Counted from the stretch's first letter, positions 38,813 to 50,058 are shown. The stretch is 64,000 nt of DNA from Patescibacteria group bacterium AH-259-L05 (GCA_027717985.1 JALLOO010000002.1:7257-71256); one strand, 5' to 3'. Numbers and translations: made by a program. The notes: generated by a model not told the origin, from the letters alone.

Positions 38813-38920
38813 AGGAGCGGAAGTTATCAACTTGACAGAATTCCAATTAAGTATTATGCTTAAAATAGATCATTATCCTCATTATGAGGATTAACTGTTC
38901 ATTACAAAAGGAGTTATGCT

Positions 38921-41900
38921 ATGAAGAAAATACTGACATCTTTAATGATTGGATTATTGATCTCACTGACTTCTGATCTTAATGCACGAAACAAGATTAA
39001 CTACCGTCCTACAACCTGGAAGCATTATTCTATAAGCCTTGGTGACAATAGTGAAGGGTTTGAACTTTGGATATCAGATCGCCTCGATTCTACACTTCGC
39101 GCTGCAACACCAGAAATCATCAACAACATTTTTACTGACTATTCAAAACTCTTTAGTGGTTTTCGGTGGCAAACTCAGGATTACACGTTCACTAAATTTC
39201 GCTTCTTTTATAAAGATAGTGTAACCGTTGCAGCTGATGATACGCTCGTAACAAACTGGATGGATAAAAACCGAACATACGTAATCTATGCAAATCTGGA
39301 AGACTTTCTGCGACAACAAATATCACCCGGATTCACACAAGCACTTGGTTTTTTTCAGCATATTTTCGGCTTTCGTATCGCCGTGCCATATCCTGGATCA
39401 TACGCATTGTATGAATATATTCTGCGTCATGAATCAGCGCACGCATGGATGTATCAGCTCATGCGCGAATCAGTAAAAACCCATAATAAAAAAATGTCAA
39501 AAGTAAAGGGAACGCGGTATCAGATATTAGGAGAAGATGATCGCTTTAGTATGCCGCTCTGGGTTGTTGAAGGATTTGCTGAATGGGTTGCCCAAAAATT
39601 TGATAGCACACACTATGATCCTATGATCTATCGAACCATTCTTGGAAATAATCACCTCCGTCGTCACGTCACTGACTTGTCCCAAAACCTGCCTGACATT
39701 GCTCATGATATGTATTTTAATCCTTACTATTTTGGTGTTTCATTCTTTAATTGGTTAGAAAAAATCTACGGCAAAGAAAAAATAATTGAATTTTTTATAC
39801 AAAGACCACACTATAAAACAGAAGGGGGTAAAACCGGTTTTGAAAGAGCATGGGAAAAAACGTTTGGGAGAGAAATCTCAGAAATGCACTCAATAAGGCA
39901 GACAGAAATGCAGATTGAATGGAAAGACAGTCTTATTCCGTATTTTAAGCCATACTTTACTGATACCTTGCAATCAATAACTGAACGAGTTACCTGGCCA
40001 ATCAATAAAGAAAAGGGAGAAAAAGAACCGCTGTTAGCTGGCTATGTAAGTCATGATGCAAGCAAGGTTATTTACTATACCCTTGATCCAAAATGGCAAG
40101 CGCGCATTGAAGTACGGGATTTATTTACCAATGAAACCTGGATTGTTCACAAAATGTCTACGAATAAATCTTTGTGGTATCGATTTGACAATGCGCCCGC
40201 TATAGAGGGAAATAAGGTTGCGGTCGTTATTAATCGGGAAGGGCAAGACGAGCTTCGTATATATAAATTACGACAACTTGATCTAATTAAAAAAAGAAAC
40301 ATAGACAAAATTCTCTGGACTAAAGAAAAAACTGCACAGGTAGCTCAAATTGACTCGCTGCGCCATCATGCCATACTCACGATTAATACACCGTCATTTA
40401 ACCATGATGGCACCAAACTTGTGTTTGAAGGAATTGCGCGAAATGGATTTTCTGACCTGTACCTCTGGAACCGTGAAACAGACACACTCTCGCGTCTTAC
40501 CAATGATGTTTACGAAGACTTGCGTCCACGGTTTGAACGAATTAATAAAACCAGCAGTGAAGCGATTGTGTTTATTTCTGATAGAATCAATCCAGCAAAA
40601 ATGGATGTATTTACACTCTGGCCTGAAACAAAAGAAATCACCTCTCTTTATCAACCAAATCAACCGCATACTGTTATTGATCAAATTTCAGTTTCCCCAG
40701 ACTCTCATTTTGTTGCAATGAGAATGGTCTCCCTTGATCATTCACCGCAAATTCTGATATGGAGTCCGCCTCACAATGTTTATCATGTATTCTCTACATT
40801 CTATGGTGTAAGTCAAATTGTTGACTGGATTGATAATAACACCTTGCTGCTCTTAGATGAACGATTTAAGCTGGCAAAATTCCATCTTAATGACCTTAAA
40901 ATGTATGCTCCAATTCCCACAACATATACTGCCATGAAAAAAACTACCTGGCAGCCAATACAACCTGATACCCTTATCAAACCAACACCAATAACAGGAA
41001 AGAAAAAGAAGTATCGATATTTGACACCGCTCGGCTTAGGAAGTTTTGGATTTGCATCAGCAACTGGAGAAGAAATCTATCTCAGCTCTAACCTGTATAT
41101 TTACTATGGATCTGGCCTTGGATGGTTTTATAGCTTCTCAGTTGGTAGAATTGATATGAGGCAACGGCTTCGCAAGTTCTATAGTTTTACTGCATCCCGA
41201 GACCTTAATCTACGTACCTTAGAAAACAGTAAACCGTATTATAACTTTAGGCTGCAGCAAATTACACGCTTTAACTGGGTACTTGATCACAATATTCGAC
41301 TCACTGCAAATTTTTACTGGCCTTTTGATTTTGAAAACGGAATTGGATTGAGTGCTTCAATTGGATGGTTTGGACGGGATTATGAATACGTGTTTCCATA
41401 TTATTACTACTATTACTCTATGACGCGCTCGCTTAATCGCAATACTCTTAAGCCATTGCCGCATCAAAAACCGCTTAACCCAAAAGCTCAAAAATACATG
41501 AAAACAATAAGTCCTGCACTCTATCACGGCTGGTCAAAACAATCAATGGCATCAGTGATTGAATCTATAGGAAAAGGTGCTCTGCTTGGTACTGGTATTT
41601 ACTTTCTCCATGATAAGACATTTTCAAGCATGTATGGCGAAGTAAACCGCGGCACCTGGCTTGCAACGCAACTAGATGTTCTGGCAGTAAACAAAAAAAT
41701 CTTAGAAGGACAGTTTATATTTGATGGACGATTTTATATTCAGATCAAAAACTCACGCGCACTCATTGCAAATAGACTCTATGTGGTAAAATCTCTTGGT
41801 TCAGATAAGCCAATATTTTTGACGCCACGAGTATTAGAAAAACAAAAATTCCCGTACTATAACACAAAGCTTGGAACTGATGCTATACTCAAACAAATTG

Positions 41901-42190
41901 AATTTCGCTTTCCTATTTTAAACTTTATAGTGTTCCAGCCAGCACTGGTACCACCTAATTCTCCTGAAGGTATTATGGGATTCTGGGTAAATGGATCCTT
42001 GTTCTACAATAGTGGTAATATCTGGTTCTATGGAACCGAAATGCCGCAAATAAAACGAGCTGGACTTGCTATAAAACTGAGAATTTTTGGCAATATAAGT
42101 CTACAACACGAACAATATAAAATGAAATATGGAGCAGGACCCTGGACTCATGCATGGAAAAAAGGATGGTTTTTAAACTTTGAGTTCTAG
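38921..42190 (+). CDS. Secreted multidomain protein: HExxH zinc peptidase + TolB/PD40 beta-propeller + C-terminal Omp85/BamA-like beta-barrel
   Basis: Signal peptide, HESAH...WVVEGFAE, PSFNHDG.KLVF / DLYLW....LTND / SPD repeats, EFRFP, alternating beta-strands, C-terminal WFLNFEF. Confidence 0.7.
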   Translation: MKKILTSLMIGLLISLTSDLNARNKINYRPTTWKHYSISLGDNSEGFELWISDRLDSTLRAATPEIINNIFTDYSKLFSGFRWQTQDYTFTKFRFFYKDSVTVAADDTLVTNWMDKNRTYVIYANLEDFLRQQISPGFTQALGFFQHIFGFRIAVPYPGSYALYEYILRHESAHAWMYQLMRESVKTHNKKMSKVKGTRYQILGEDDRFSMPLWVVEGFAEWVAQKFDSTHYDPMIYRTILGNNHLRRHVTDLSQNLPDIAHDMYFNPYYFGVSFFNWLEKIYGKEKIIEFFIQRPHYKTEGGKTGFERAWEKTFGREISEMHSIRQTEMQIEWKDSLIPYFKPYFTDTLQSITERVTWPINKEKGEKEPLLAGYVSHDASKVIYYTLDPKWQARIEVRDLFTNETWIVHKMSTNKSLWYRFDNAPAIEGNKVAVVINREGQDELRIYKLRQLDLIKKRNIDKILWTKEKTAQVAQIDSLRHHAILTINTPSFNHDGTKLVFEGIARNGFSDLYLWNRETDTLSRLTNDVYEDLRPRFERINKTSSEAIVFISDRINPAKMDVFTLWPETKEITSLYQPNQPHTVIDQISVSPDSHFVAMRMVSLDHSPQILIWSPPHNVYHVFSTFYGVSQIVDWIDNNTLLLLDERFKLAKFHLNDLKMYAPIPTTYTAMKKTTWQPIQPDTLIKPTPITGKKKKYRYLTPLGLGSFGFASATGEEIYLSSNLYIYYGSGLGWFYSFSVGRIDMRQRLRKFYSFTASRDLNLRTLENSKPYYNFRLQQITRFNWVLDHNIRLTANFYWPFDFENGIGLSASIGWFGRDYEYVFPYYYYYYSMTRSLNRNTLKPLPHQKPLNPKAQKYMKTISPALYHGWSKQSMASVIESIGKGALLGTGIYFLHDKTFSSMYGEVNRGTWLATQLDVLAVNKKILEGQFIFDGRFYIQIKNSRALIANRLYVVKSLGSDKPIFLTPRVLEKQKFPYYNTKLGTDAILKQIEFRFPILNFIVFQPALVPPNSPEGIMGFWVNGSLFYNSGNIWFYGTEMPQIKRAGLAIKLRIFGNISLQHEQYKMKYGAGPWTHAWKKGWFLNFEF

Positions 42191-42230
42191 ACTTAAAAAT
42201 CCCTGTATCAACTACAGGGGTTTTTCTTTT

Positions 42231-42284
42231 TGTCATTCCGCGACCTTTTTTTGTCATTCCGCGACCAGTGGTCGCGGAATGACA
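42231..42284. repeat. Family A palindrome with duplicated left end
   Basis: TGTCATTCCGCGACC twice, then agt-GGTCGCGGAATGACA. Confidence 0.8.
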
Positions 42285-42351
42285 AAGGTGGGTTGACTTT
42301 TTTCTAAAATCTGTCATGATATAAATAACTAATACGTAAAGGAGGTATGCT

Positions 42352-43644
42352 ATGAAAGAAACATTAGAACAAGCAAAACCTACTAAGGATGAAGCTCGAC
42401 TAGAAACGGTTGAAAAATTAGAAATTCTTGATACGCATGATGAAAATTGGGTATTGGCAAATAAGGGTGAATTTTTAAGACCCGACTTTAACAAATATCT
42501 CGAAGAACTAAAAAATCAAGGTATTCTTAAATTTAGCCCAAGCTCAGGAAGACTTAAATGGGCAAAACGAAAAGAAGAGCAGACACATAGGGTTCATGTT
42601 ATTGAGCCCATTGGAGACGACAAAGAGGGTGGTTACTACTATGGCAGTAAGCAAAGTGTTCATGCTGGTACGCACGGGAATATATTTAACTCCTTACCAC
42701 AACTCCGAGAAAAAACACTCCAAAATGAACAACCGCAATCACAAAAAAGACGTTCAAAAGAACGGCCAAAAAAAGATACAGAACTTCTCAAGCACTTTGA
42801 AAAACTCATGCAAAAACCGATTCGATTGCTTAAAAACTTAGAAAAAGCGCTTGAAAAAAATGAAGCATCAATTCGCGGACCAGCAGCACAAATTGAGCTA
42901 CTTCGACACTACGCCAAACATCTCAATAAAGCAGTTAAACAAAATAATTCCTTAGATGCACGTGCGCTCATAGCTGATTTGGGAGACCTGGGTATAGAAT
43001 ATCCAAAATCTGCTAAAGAAGAATTTGAAAACACCATTCTGCCAGAAGCTTACAACTTGCTTGAAAAAACTTCAGAAAACCAATTCACGCTTGAAGATAT
43101 TAAACAAGCAAAAAAAGAAGATCGGTATCTCATGGAAAAACCAGAATATGAAGAAATACACTATAAATACTGGGAGCAACACCCCCAAGAAGAAAGCATC
43201 CGTCATATTGACGTCTATACATTTAAAGGAAATAAAAACTCAGAAATTCAGTATAAATGGATATTTGGTGATTTAAAAAATTGCGCCAGAATGGTAGAAT
43301 ATCTGGAATGGATTAATTCATCAATAGAGAGATGGAGAGGTCAAAGCCATCAAGAAGAAAAAATCCCAGAAACACAACGTGAAGCACATAAAAAAGCAGC
43401 AGATAAAGCAATTGAAAAATTTATGCACAGAAAACCAAAAACAGAAGAAGAAAGAAAAAAGGGACGTGAAGAGAAAAGAAAAGCTCGGCAAGAAGCTCAA
43501 AGTAAAAAAGGAGAAGAGAGAACATTCAGTTGGGATGAACTAGCTGAAGTAAAAGAACATCTGGAAAAACAAGCGAAAAAGAAAAAACCTTCTGTAAAGA
43601 AAAAAACATCGACCACCAAAAAAACAAAAACCAAAAAAAAGTAA
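42352..43644 (+). CDS. Hypothetical K/E-rich helical protein
   Basis: 430-aa ORF, TTGACT promoter, SD AAGGAGG, terminator at about 43663. Confidence 0.8.
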   Translation: MKETLEQAKPTKDEARLETVEKLEILDTHDENWVLANKGEFLRPDFNKYLEELKNQGILKFSPSSGRLKWAKRKEEQTHRVHVIEPIGDDKEGGYYYGSKQSVHAGTHGNIFNSLPQLREKTLQNEQPQSQKRRSKERPKKDTELLKHFEKLMQKPIRLLKNLEKALEKNEASIRGPAAQIELLRHYAKHLNKAVKQNNSLDARALIADLGDLGIEYPKSAKEEFENTILPEAYNLLEKTSENQFTLEDIKQAKKEDRYLMEKPEYEEIHYKYWEQHPQEESIRHIDVYTFKGNKNSEIQYKWIFGDLKNCARMVEYLEWINSSIERWRGQSHQEEKIPETQREAHKKAADKAIEKFMHRKPKTEEERKKGREEKRKARQEAQSKKGEERTFSWDELAEVKEHLEKQAKKKKPSVKKKTSTTKKTKTKKK

Positions 43645-43727
43645 AGTAATTAATTCAGCAGAAAAAGCCATGGCCACCACGCCATGGCTTTTTACATACG
43701 TCTTTAAACTACGAAATATATTTTTTG

Positions 43728-43755
43728 TGTCATCCCGCAAAATTGCGGAATGACA
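43728..43755. repeat. Family A short palindrome between convergent genes
   Basis: TGTCATCCCGCAA-aa-TTGCGGAATGACA. Confidence 0.75.
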
Positions 43756-43773
43756 AAAAAAATATTAAAAAAT

Positions 43774-44223
43774 TTAAGTAGATTTTTGTATAGACCGTAT
43801 CACTAAAATAAAAACACCAGCCATAATCATTGCATCCGCTATGTTGAATGCAAACAAAAATAAAATGTCAACGTAATCTATAACGGCACCGTATATAAAA
43901 CGATCTAATATATTACTTATAGCTCCAACAACAATCAAACTTAAACTAAAAACAGCTGTTATTTTTCTTTCTTGATAACTGGTAATCAAACTTGATATTA
44001 CAAAAATTAAAACAATACCAAAAAAAACATAAAATAATAAACCTGATAATGGTAGAGAAAACGCAATATATGGATTTTCAAAAACAGAAAAATTAATAAA
44101 AAAAATATTTTTTTCTATACCACTCAATGCAAGTATTTTTAAAACTCGGTCTACAATAAAAAAAAATACGACCAGCGTATTAATAAACATGAGCTGTTTT
44201 CGCCAACGTTTAACTTGTTCCAT
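43774..44223 (-). CDS. lspA: Lipoprotein signal peptidase II
   Basis: D...K, N..IAFS, GA.SN..DR, VIDY, FNIAD. Confidence 0.92.
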   Translation of the reverse strand: MEQVKRWRKQLMFINTLVVFFFIVDRVLKILALSGIEKNIFFINFSVFENPYIAFSLPLSGLLFYVFFGIVLIFVISSLITSYQERKITAVFSLSLIVVGAISNILDRFIYGAVIDYVDILFLFAFNIADAMIMAGVFILVIRSIQKST

Positions 44224-44267
44224 GATTTTTAAAATTTAGCATTAAAAATAACAAACCTTTTAAGGTT

Positions 44268-44636
44268 CTATAAAATATGATTCTTATCTTTACAATCTAT
44301 ACAATACTGAGCGGTCGGCAACACCTCTAATCTTTTTTTACTGATTTCTTTCCCGCAGTCTTCACAAATACCATACTCATTTTTTGCAATCTTGCCTAAC
44401 GCTACATTCACTTGTGCCAATGCGTTTTCTAAATTTTTCTCAAGCGAAAGGCTATCAACAAAATTCGCTACCTCATCTGCGTTTTCATCTTCAGCGCGAC
44501 CATACTCAGGAAAGCGCGCCTCATAATCATTTGCAACGCGCGTACTTTTTTCAGCAAATGACTCTAATTGTTTTTTAATTTCGCGTCTTCGTTCCTGTAA
44601 ATCCTTTTTTTTCGACGCTACAAATTTTTTAAACAT
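44268..44636 (-). CDS. TraR/DksA C4 zinc-finger protein
   Basis: YGICEDCG..I...RL...P.A..CIDC; start moved to MFKKF because the upstream extension is repeat DNA. Confidence 0.88.
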   Translation of the reverse strand: MFKKFVASKKKDLQERRREIKKQLESFAEKSTRVANDYEARFPEYGRAEDENADEVANFVDSLSLEKNLENALAQVNVALGKIAKNEYGICEDCGKEISKKRLEVLPTAQYCIDCKDKNHIL

Positions 44637-44820
44637 AAAAACACTTATTCTGGTTAGTGCTTTGCGCTCCACAGTTAGTATAAGAACCTGCTCGCTTCGC
44701 TCGCAGAACCTTGAAATCCCTTCAGGACTTACAAATGTGAAAGTAAACTTTCCCATTTGATTCGTCCTTAGGAATTATAGAGCAAAAATCGTAAATGACA
44801 AGAAAAGTTATCCACACCTC

Positions 44821-45729
44821 TTATTTAGAAATTTCTTGTTGGGAAACTAGCTTCAAACATCCCTCCAATTTCCTATCTCCCTCTCCCATTATTATATCTT
44901 CTATACCATACGCATCCAGTTGAACATATACTGCTTGTTTAAATTCTGTGTCTTCAAGATTAGAAAAACACATACTAATAAAATTTTGATTCTCCTCAAG
45001 GTTATTAGAAACAAAAATATAGTTTTTGTCTTTCCACAATACAACACGTTTGTTATCATCTTCCCAATATCGTACTCTTTTTTCATCAATAACCTTATCT
45101 TTAAAATCAAAAACATCTATATCGGCAATAACCTCAATAAACGTTGATCCGTCAGGTAAAACAACGCGTTTTTCAACCGGCGTGTACAAGGCAAGGTACG
45201 ATTTAATTTTTTTTTCAAAATCTTCAAGCGACGTATCTGTCCTTAACACAAGAACAAAACTCTGATCTGATGTATCATTGTACCGTACTGTATTATTATC
45301 TAACAACATAGGGAACGTTATATCAGAGATATCTAATATAAAAAATAAATATTGAGAATCTTGTGATATATATACACTAAAGGGAACAAGATCAGAAAAT
45401 GTCATCTCTATGTTATCCTGCAATAACTTTACTATCTGAGACAAATCTATATATCCGTGCCCAACAAAATTTTTCTTTAAAAAATATGCATATAGTTTTT
45501 TAACGATAAAACGCGATTTTTCTTTGAAGTGAAATGCGCCCACACTACTGGTATATGTTTCTGTAATATCTTTAAACCAATAATGCTCTATCAACTCCTC
45601 TCCTACATATACATAAAAATACATATGATCAGTAACATATGATATAGGTGCTTGAGAAAATATGATATAGCCTCCAATAATTATCACAAGGATAATAAAA
45701 ATTTTTAAACCTGAAATAAGTATCCTCAT
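44821..45729 (-). CDS. Hypothetical membrane-anchored protein
   Basis: N-terminal TM from MRILISGLK; upstream ORF extension is family B repeat. Confidence 0.7.
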   Translation of the reverse strand: MRILISGLKIFIILVIIIGGYIIFSQAPISYVTDHMYFYVYVGEELIEHYWFKDITETYTSSVGAFHFKEKSRFIVKKLYAYFLKKNFVGHGYIDLSQIVKLLQDNIEMTFSDLVPFSVYISQDSQYLFFILDISDITFPMLLDNNTVRYNDTSDQSFVLVLRTDTSLEDFEKKIKSYLALYTPVEKRVVLPDGSTFIEVIADIDVFDFKDKVIDEKRVRYWEDDNKRVVLWKDKNYIFVSNNLEENQNFISMCFSNLEDTEFKQAVYVQLDAYGIEDIIMGEGDRKLEGCLKLVSQQEISK

Positions 45730-45769
45730 ACCATTACTATACACCTTTTTTATATTTTTGTTAAGAAAA

Positions 45770-45858
45770 CTATAAGAACCATGCTTCGCAGAACCTTGAA
45801 GTTTGAAAGGAATGATATTTGTATCCAAACTATAAGAACCATGCTTCGCAGAACCTTG
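45770..45858 (+). repeat. Family B repeat, tandemly duplicated
   Basis: TATAAGAACCATGCTTCGCAGAACCTTG twice, 60 bp apart. Confidence 0.8.
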
Positions 45859-45933
45859 TTGTTCGCTTCGCTCACAATAAAGTCTCACAATAAAGTCTTG
45901 TCAACCTTTAAAAAATAATATACAATAATCTTT

Positions 45934-47079
45934 ATGGCAGTTAAACAAATAACAATTAAAAAAGATTACAACACCCTTATCCAATCCATGCCGAGAGTGA
46001 ACGAACTAATTGAAGGAGAGGTTATTGAAATTGGAAAAAATGAAATATATATAAACATAGAAGGAATTCTCACGGGCGTCATACGAGGACCAGAACTCTA
46101 TGACGAATCTGGTGAATTTTCTGATTTAAAAAAAGGAGATAAAGTATCCACGACCGTTCTTGAATTAGAAAATGAAAAAGGTTTTGTAGAACTCTCGCTT
46201 CGGTATGCAAGTCATCAAAAAGCATGGAACAAACTTGAAAGTATTGCCAAAAATAAAAAAACAGTCATGGTTAAAATAATTGGTGCAAATAAAGGCGGTC
46301 TTTTGATTCAATATGGAAAAATACAAGGATTTATGCCAGTCTCTCAATTAAAACATGAACACTACCCTCGCGTCGAAGGAGGTGATAAAAATAAAATATT
46401 AGAAAAACTAAAAAAATTTGTTGGCACTGAAATGGAGGTTAAATTCATCACGGTTGATGAAAAAGAAGAAAAGCTTATTGTTTCTGAAAAAGAAATAGCT
46501 TCCAAGCAAAAAAAAGAATCAAAAGAAAAACAATATAAGGTTGGTGATGTAGTTGAAGGAAAAATCACTGGCTTAGTAGATTTTGGTGCATTTGTGACCT
46601 TTGATAAAAACCAGGAAGGATTAGTACATATTTCTGAAATTGGATGGCAGCGAATAGATCATCCTCAAGACATACTCTCAATTGGTGACAAAGTAAAAAT
46701 AAAGATTATTGAAATTACCGAAGATGGTAAAATCTCTCTTTCTATAAGACGTTTAATTGAAGATCCATGGAAAGATATAAAAGAACGATACTCTATTGGC
46801 CAAAAAGTCAAAGGTAAAATACTTAAAATCAATGCCTTTGGCTTTTTTGTTGAACTGGATTCTGAAATACACGGCCTTGCCCATGTCTCAGAAATAACCG
46901 CAAAACCAACAAAAGATTTAAACAAAATTGCCAAAACTGGCGATGTTCTTGAATTTAAAATTGTTTCAATCGAACCAAAGGATCACCGCCTCGGACTATC
47001 CCTTATTAAGGCGAAACCAAAAGAACAAGCGCCTCTTTCTCAAACAAAAACTAAACAAACAGAAAAAGATGAAACATAA
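45934..47079 (+). CDS. rpsA: 30S ribosomal protein S1 (4 S1 domains)
   Basis: NKGGL, GF.P.SQL, FGAFV, EGLVHISEI repeats. Confidence 0.92.
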   Translation: MAVKQITIKKDYNTLIQSMPRVNELIEGEVIEIGKNEIYINIEGILTGVIRGPELYDESGEFSDLKKGDKVSTTVLELENEKGFVELSLRYASHQKAWNKLESIAKNKKTVMVKIIGANKGGLLIQYGKIQGFMPVSQLKHEHYPRVEGGDKNKILEKLKKFVGTEMEVKFITVDEKEEKLIVSEKEIASKQKKESKEKQYKVGDVVEGKITGLVDFGAFVTFDKNQEGLVHISEIGWQRIDHPQDILSIGDKVKIKIIEITEDGKISLSIRRLIEDPWKDIKERYSIGQKVKGKILKINAFGFFVELDSEIHGLAHVSEITAKPTKDLNKIAKTGDVLEFKIVSIEPKDHRLGLSLIKAKPKEQAPLSQTKTKQTEKDET

Positions 47080-47092
47080 ACAAAAAAGTAAC

Positions 47093-48910
47093 ATGAAGTC
47101 GCTTATTAAAAATTTTCTTATTTTTATTATTATCTTTTTAATTCTCTCTGGTATCTTTAGTTTATTTAGTAGCGAAACACAAAAAACACAAGAAATAGGT
47201 CTTAATACCTTGATTTCTGAAATCCAACAAGAAAAAGTACAAGAAATAACTATTGAAGAAGATAAAATTATTATTATTCTCAATGACAATACACATCAAT
47301 TTGCTTTTAAAGAACTTAATGAACCATTGGTAGAACTATTAACAAATTATGGTATTACTCCAGAAAAGATTGCCAATATAGATATAAAAGTAAGAAGCAC
47401 GCGAGGAAGAAATACGTTGATAAATATTATTATTCCTTTTGTGCTTCCACTCCTCATTCTCGTTGGTCTTATCTACTTTTTTTCTCGTCAAGTAAAAGGT
47501 GCAGGTATGCAAGCATTTAAGTTTGGTGAAAGTAGAGTACGAAAAATTGAACCAAAGGATAAAAAAATAAAAACAACATTTAAAGATGTCGCCGGAATTA
47601 AAGAAGCAAAAGAAGATTTAGAAGAAGTTGTTGATTTTTTAAAAAATCCAAAAAAATATATCTCCCTCGGAGCTAAAATCCCTAAAGGAGTACTCTTAGT
47701 TGGTCCTCCTGGGTGTGGTAAAACACTTTTAGCGCGTGCTGTTGCGGGTGAAGCAAATGTACCATTTTTTCATATTTCAGGATCAGAGTTTATTGAAATG
47801 TTTGTAGGCGTTGGCGCATCACGAGTACGCGATTTATTTGTAAAGGCAAAAAAAAATCTTCCGGCAATTGTATTTGTTGATGAACTTGACGCAGTTGGCC
47901 GCCAGCGCGGCGCTGGGCTTGGCGGATCCCATGACGAACGAGAGCAAACCCTTAATCAAATCCTTGTTGAACTCGACGGATTTGATCCTAATATCGGTCT
48001 CGTCGTCCTCGCGGCAAGTAACCGCCCTGATATTTTAGACCCCGCACTCCTGCGCCCAGGACGATTTGATCGAAAAGTAATTTTAGATCTTCCTGATATT
48101 GGCGATAGAGAAGAAATTTTAAAAATTCATGCACGCGGAAAACCATTTGCCTCAAGTGTAAATTTAAAACAGGTGGGAGAAAGAACGCCAGGATTTACTG
48201 GTGCTGATTTAGAAAACTTGCTTAATGAAGCAGCAATTCTTACTGCAAAACTCAATAAAAAGAAAATTGGTATGAATGAAATATTTGAAAGCATTGAACG
48301 GGTAATGCTTGGCCCTGAAAGAAAATCTCATGTTCTTTCAAAAAAGGAACGAGAAATTGTTGCCTATCATGAAGCAGGACACGCAATTGTCGCACACCTG
48401 CTTTCCGGATGTGACCCTGTACAAAAAGTATCTATTATATCTCGAGGAAGGGCTGCTGGCTATACTTTAAAAATGCCGGAAAAAGAAAAATCTCTTCGCA
48501 ACAAGTCAGAATTTCTAGACAATATTGCCTCAGCACTGGGTGGATATGCAAGTGAAAAAATGATATTTAACTCTGTCACTACAGGCGCTGCTGATGACCT
48601 GCGTCAAGCAACAAAATTAACAAGAAAAATGGTTACTGAATATGGTATGAGCGACATATTAGGACCTCGTACATTTGGAGAAAAAGAAGAACTTATATTT
48701 TTAGGGCGTGAAATATCCGAAAGAAGAGATTATTCTGAAAAAATAGCTGAGTTAATTGATTCAGAAGTTTCTAAAATTATTAATACATGTTTTAATAAAG
48801 CACAAATTATTCTGAAAAAAAACAGAAAAAAACTTAATACAATTGCAAAATCGCTGTTAAAAAAAGAATCGTTAGAAAAGGCAGAATTTAATAAATTAAT
48901 GAAAACGTAA
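47093..48910 (+). CDS. ftsH: ATP-dependent zinc metalloprotease FtsH
   Basis: Two TMs, [27 protein letters not shown]; start set at MKSLIKN. Confidence 0.96.
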   Translation: MKSLIKNFLIFIIIFLILSGIFSLFSSETQKTQEIGLNTLISEIQQEKVQEITIEEDKIIIILNDNTHQFAFKELNEPLVELLTNYGITPEKIANIDIKVRSTRGRNTLINIIIPFVLPLLILVGLIYFFSRQVKGAGMQAFKFGESRVRKIEPKDKKIKTTFKDVAGIKEAKEDLEEVVDFLKNPKKYISLGAKIPKGVLLVGPPGCGKTLLARAVAGEANVPFFHISGSEFIEMFVGVGASRVRDLFVKAKKNLPAIVFVDELDAVGRQRGAGLGGSHDEREQTLNQILVELDGFDPNIGLVVLAASNRPDILDPALLRPGRFDRKVILDLPDIGDREEILKIHARGKPFASSVNLKQVGERTPGFTGADLENLLNEAAILTAKLNKKKIGMNEIFESIERVMLGPERKSHVLSKKEREIVAYHEAGHAIVAHLLSGCDPVQKVSIISRGRAAGYTLKMPEKEKSLRNKSEFLDNIASALGGYASEKMIFNSVTTGAADDLRQATKLTRKMVTEYGMSDILGPRTFGEKEELIFLGREISERRDYSEKIAELIDSEVSKIINTCFNKAQIILKKNRKKLNTIAKSLLKKESLEKAEFNKLMKT

Positions 48911-49824
48911 TGTCAGTAAAACTAAAACCTCTTCTTAAAAATTCATGGAATATTGTATGGCATAATCCGCTCTTGTGGTTGTTTGGATTTTTCGCTGCCC
49001 TATTTGCCAATAACGAAATTAATGTCATTATTGCTAACTTTAATCGAATTAATAATTGGATAGACCAGCTTATCACTTTAAAAGTGATAAAAACACAATT
49101 TAATACCATTTTTACTGGCATTCAATCACAAGAATTTTTTACCGCAACTGCATTATATAATATATCATTAGGACTAATTATTTTTTTGTTCTTTTTATAT
49201 CTTTCAATAACTTCTCAAATTGCACTTGTTCTATCAGTTAAAAAAATACACACAGTTAAAACACGGCTTACCTTAACAAATATATGGAAAAAAAGTAAAA
49301 CATTTTTTTGGCCCATACTTGGATTATATTTTCTTGTATTGGTAATTACCTATGGTTTTTTATATCTTCTGTCTTTTCCATTTTTATACACCCTTCCTAT
49401 CCCTATTATTACCTATATTATTATTTTTCTTATTCTTGTATTCTGTGTTACCTTTATCTCTCGGTTTGCAATTTTTTATATCATATTAAAAAATAATCGT
49501 ATCATAAATTCTTTTAAAAATGCATCTTTATTTTTCTTTAAAAATTTTTCTATTGTTATTAAAACATCAGTCATTTTATTTATCATTCTTATTGTAGTCG
49601 GTCTTGGAGTACTTTTAGTCTCTATTGGCGCATCATTTCCGTTCTTAACTCTTATGAGTCTTTTTCTTTATATAAAGTTTATGTTTGGATTTTGGTTTAC
49701 CCTTATCGCATGGACGTTTATATTACTTATATTTTTTGCGGTTATTAGTTCTATTTTCTCATCGTTTCAAACATCAGTATGGATTTTACTCTTCTCTAAA
49801 CTATCAAAAAAGTTATCTTCTTAA
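48910..49824 (+). CDS. Polytopic membrane protein of unknown function
   Basis: LWLFGFFA N-terminus, about 6 TM segments, coupled to ftsH. Confidence 0.8.
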   Translation: MSVKLKPLLKNSWNIVWHNPLLWLFGFFAALFANNEINVIIANFNRINNWIDQLITLKVIKTQFNTIFTGIQSQEFFTATALYNISLGLIIFLFFLYLSITSQIALVLSVKKIHTVKTRLTLTNIWKKSKTFFWPILGLYFLVLVITYGFLYLLSFPFLYTLPIPIITYIIIFLILVFCVTFISRFAIFYIILKNNRIINSFKNASLFFFKNFSIVIKTSVILFIILIVVGLGVLLVSIGASFPFLTLMSLFLYIKFMFGFWFTLIAWTFILLIFFAVISSIFSSFQTSVWILLFSKLSKKLSS

Positions 49825-49835
49825 GAATTTGTTAA

Positions 49836-50036
49836 CTTCATGTGTATAATCTATAGATAAAATATTAACTTTATTATTTTTGATTCTCATTCACTTTTTA
49901 TCCACTTATTTCTCAATACATACACACAGTACCTTTTATAACTTTTCCGCTTAATCTTCATATACTTTTTTGTTTTCCACTATTTCCACACCTTTATTAT
50001 TACTACTAAATAATATATACTAAATAATATAATAAG
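49836..50036 (+). other. Probable replication origin (DnaA boxes, DnaA-trio-like run, AT-rich unwinding element)
   Basis: TGTGTATAA 49841, TTATCCACT 49898, TTTTCCACT 49973, ATTTCCACA 49982, then TATTATTACTACTA and an AT-rich tract; upstream of dnaN. Confidence 0.65.
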
Positions 50037-50058
50037 ATCTCTGAAAAAATATTGTTTT

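Noticed and set aside
44637-45888. N-terminal extensions of the dksA-like (to 44756) and 44821 (to 45888) ORFs
   Set aside because: Extensions translate family B repeats; downstream ATGs are more plausible
46928-47092. Long rpsA/ftsH overlap
   Set aside because: TTG-start extension has no FtsH similarity; real start is near 47069-47093
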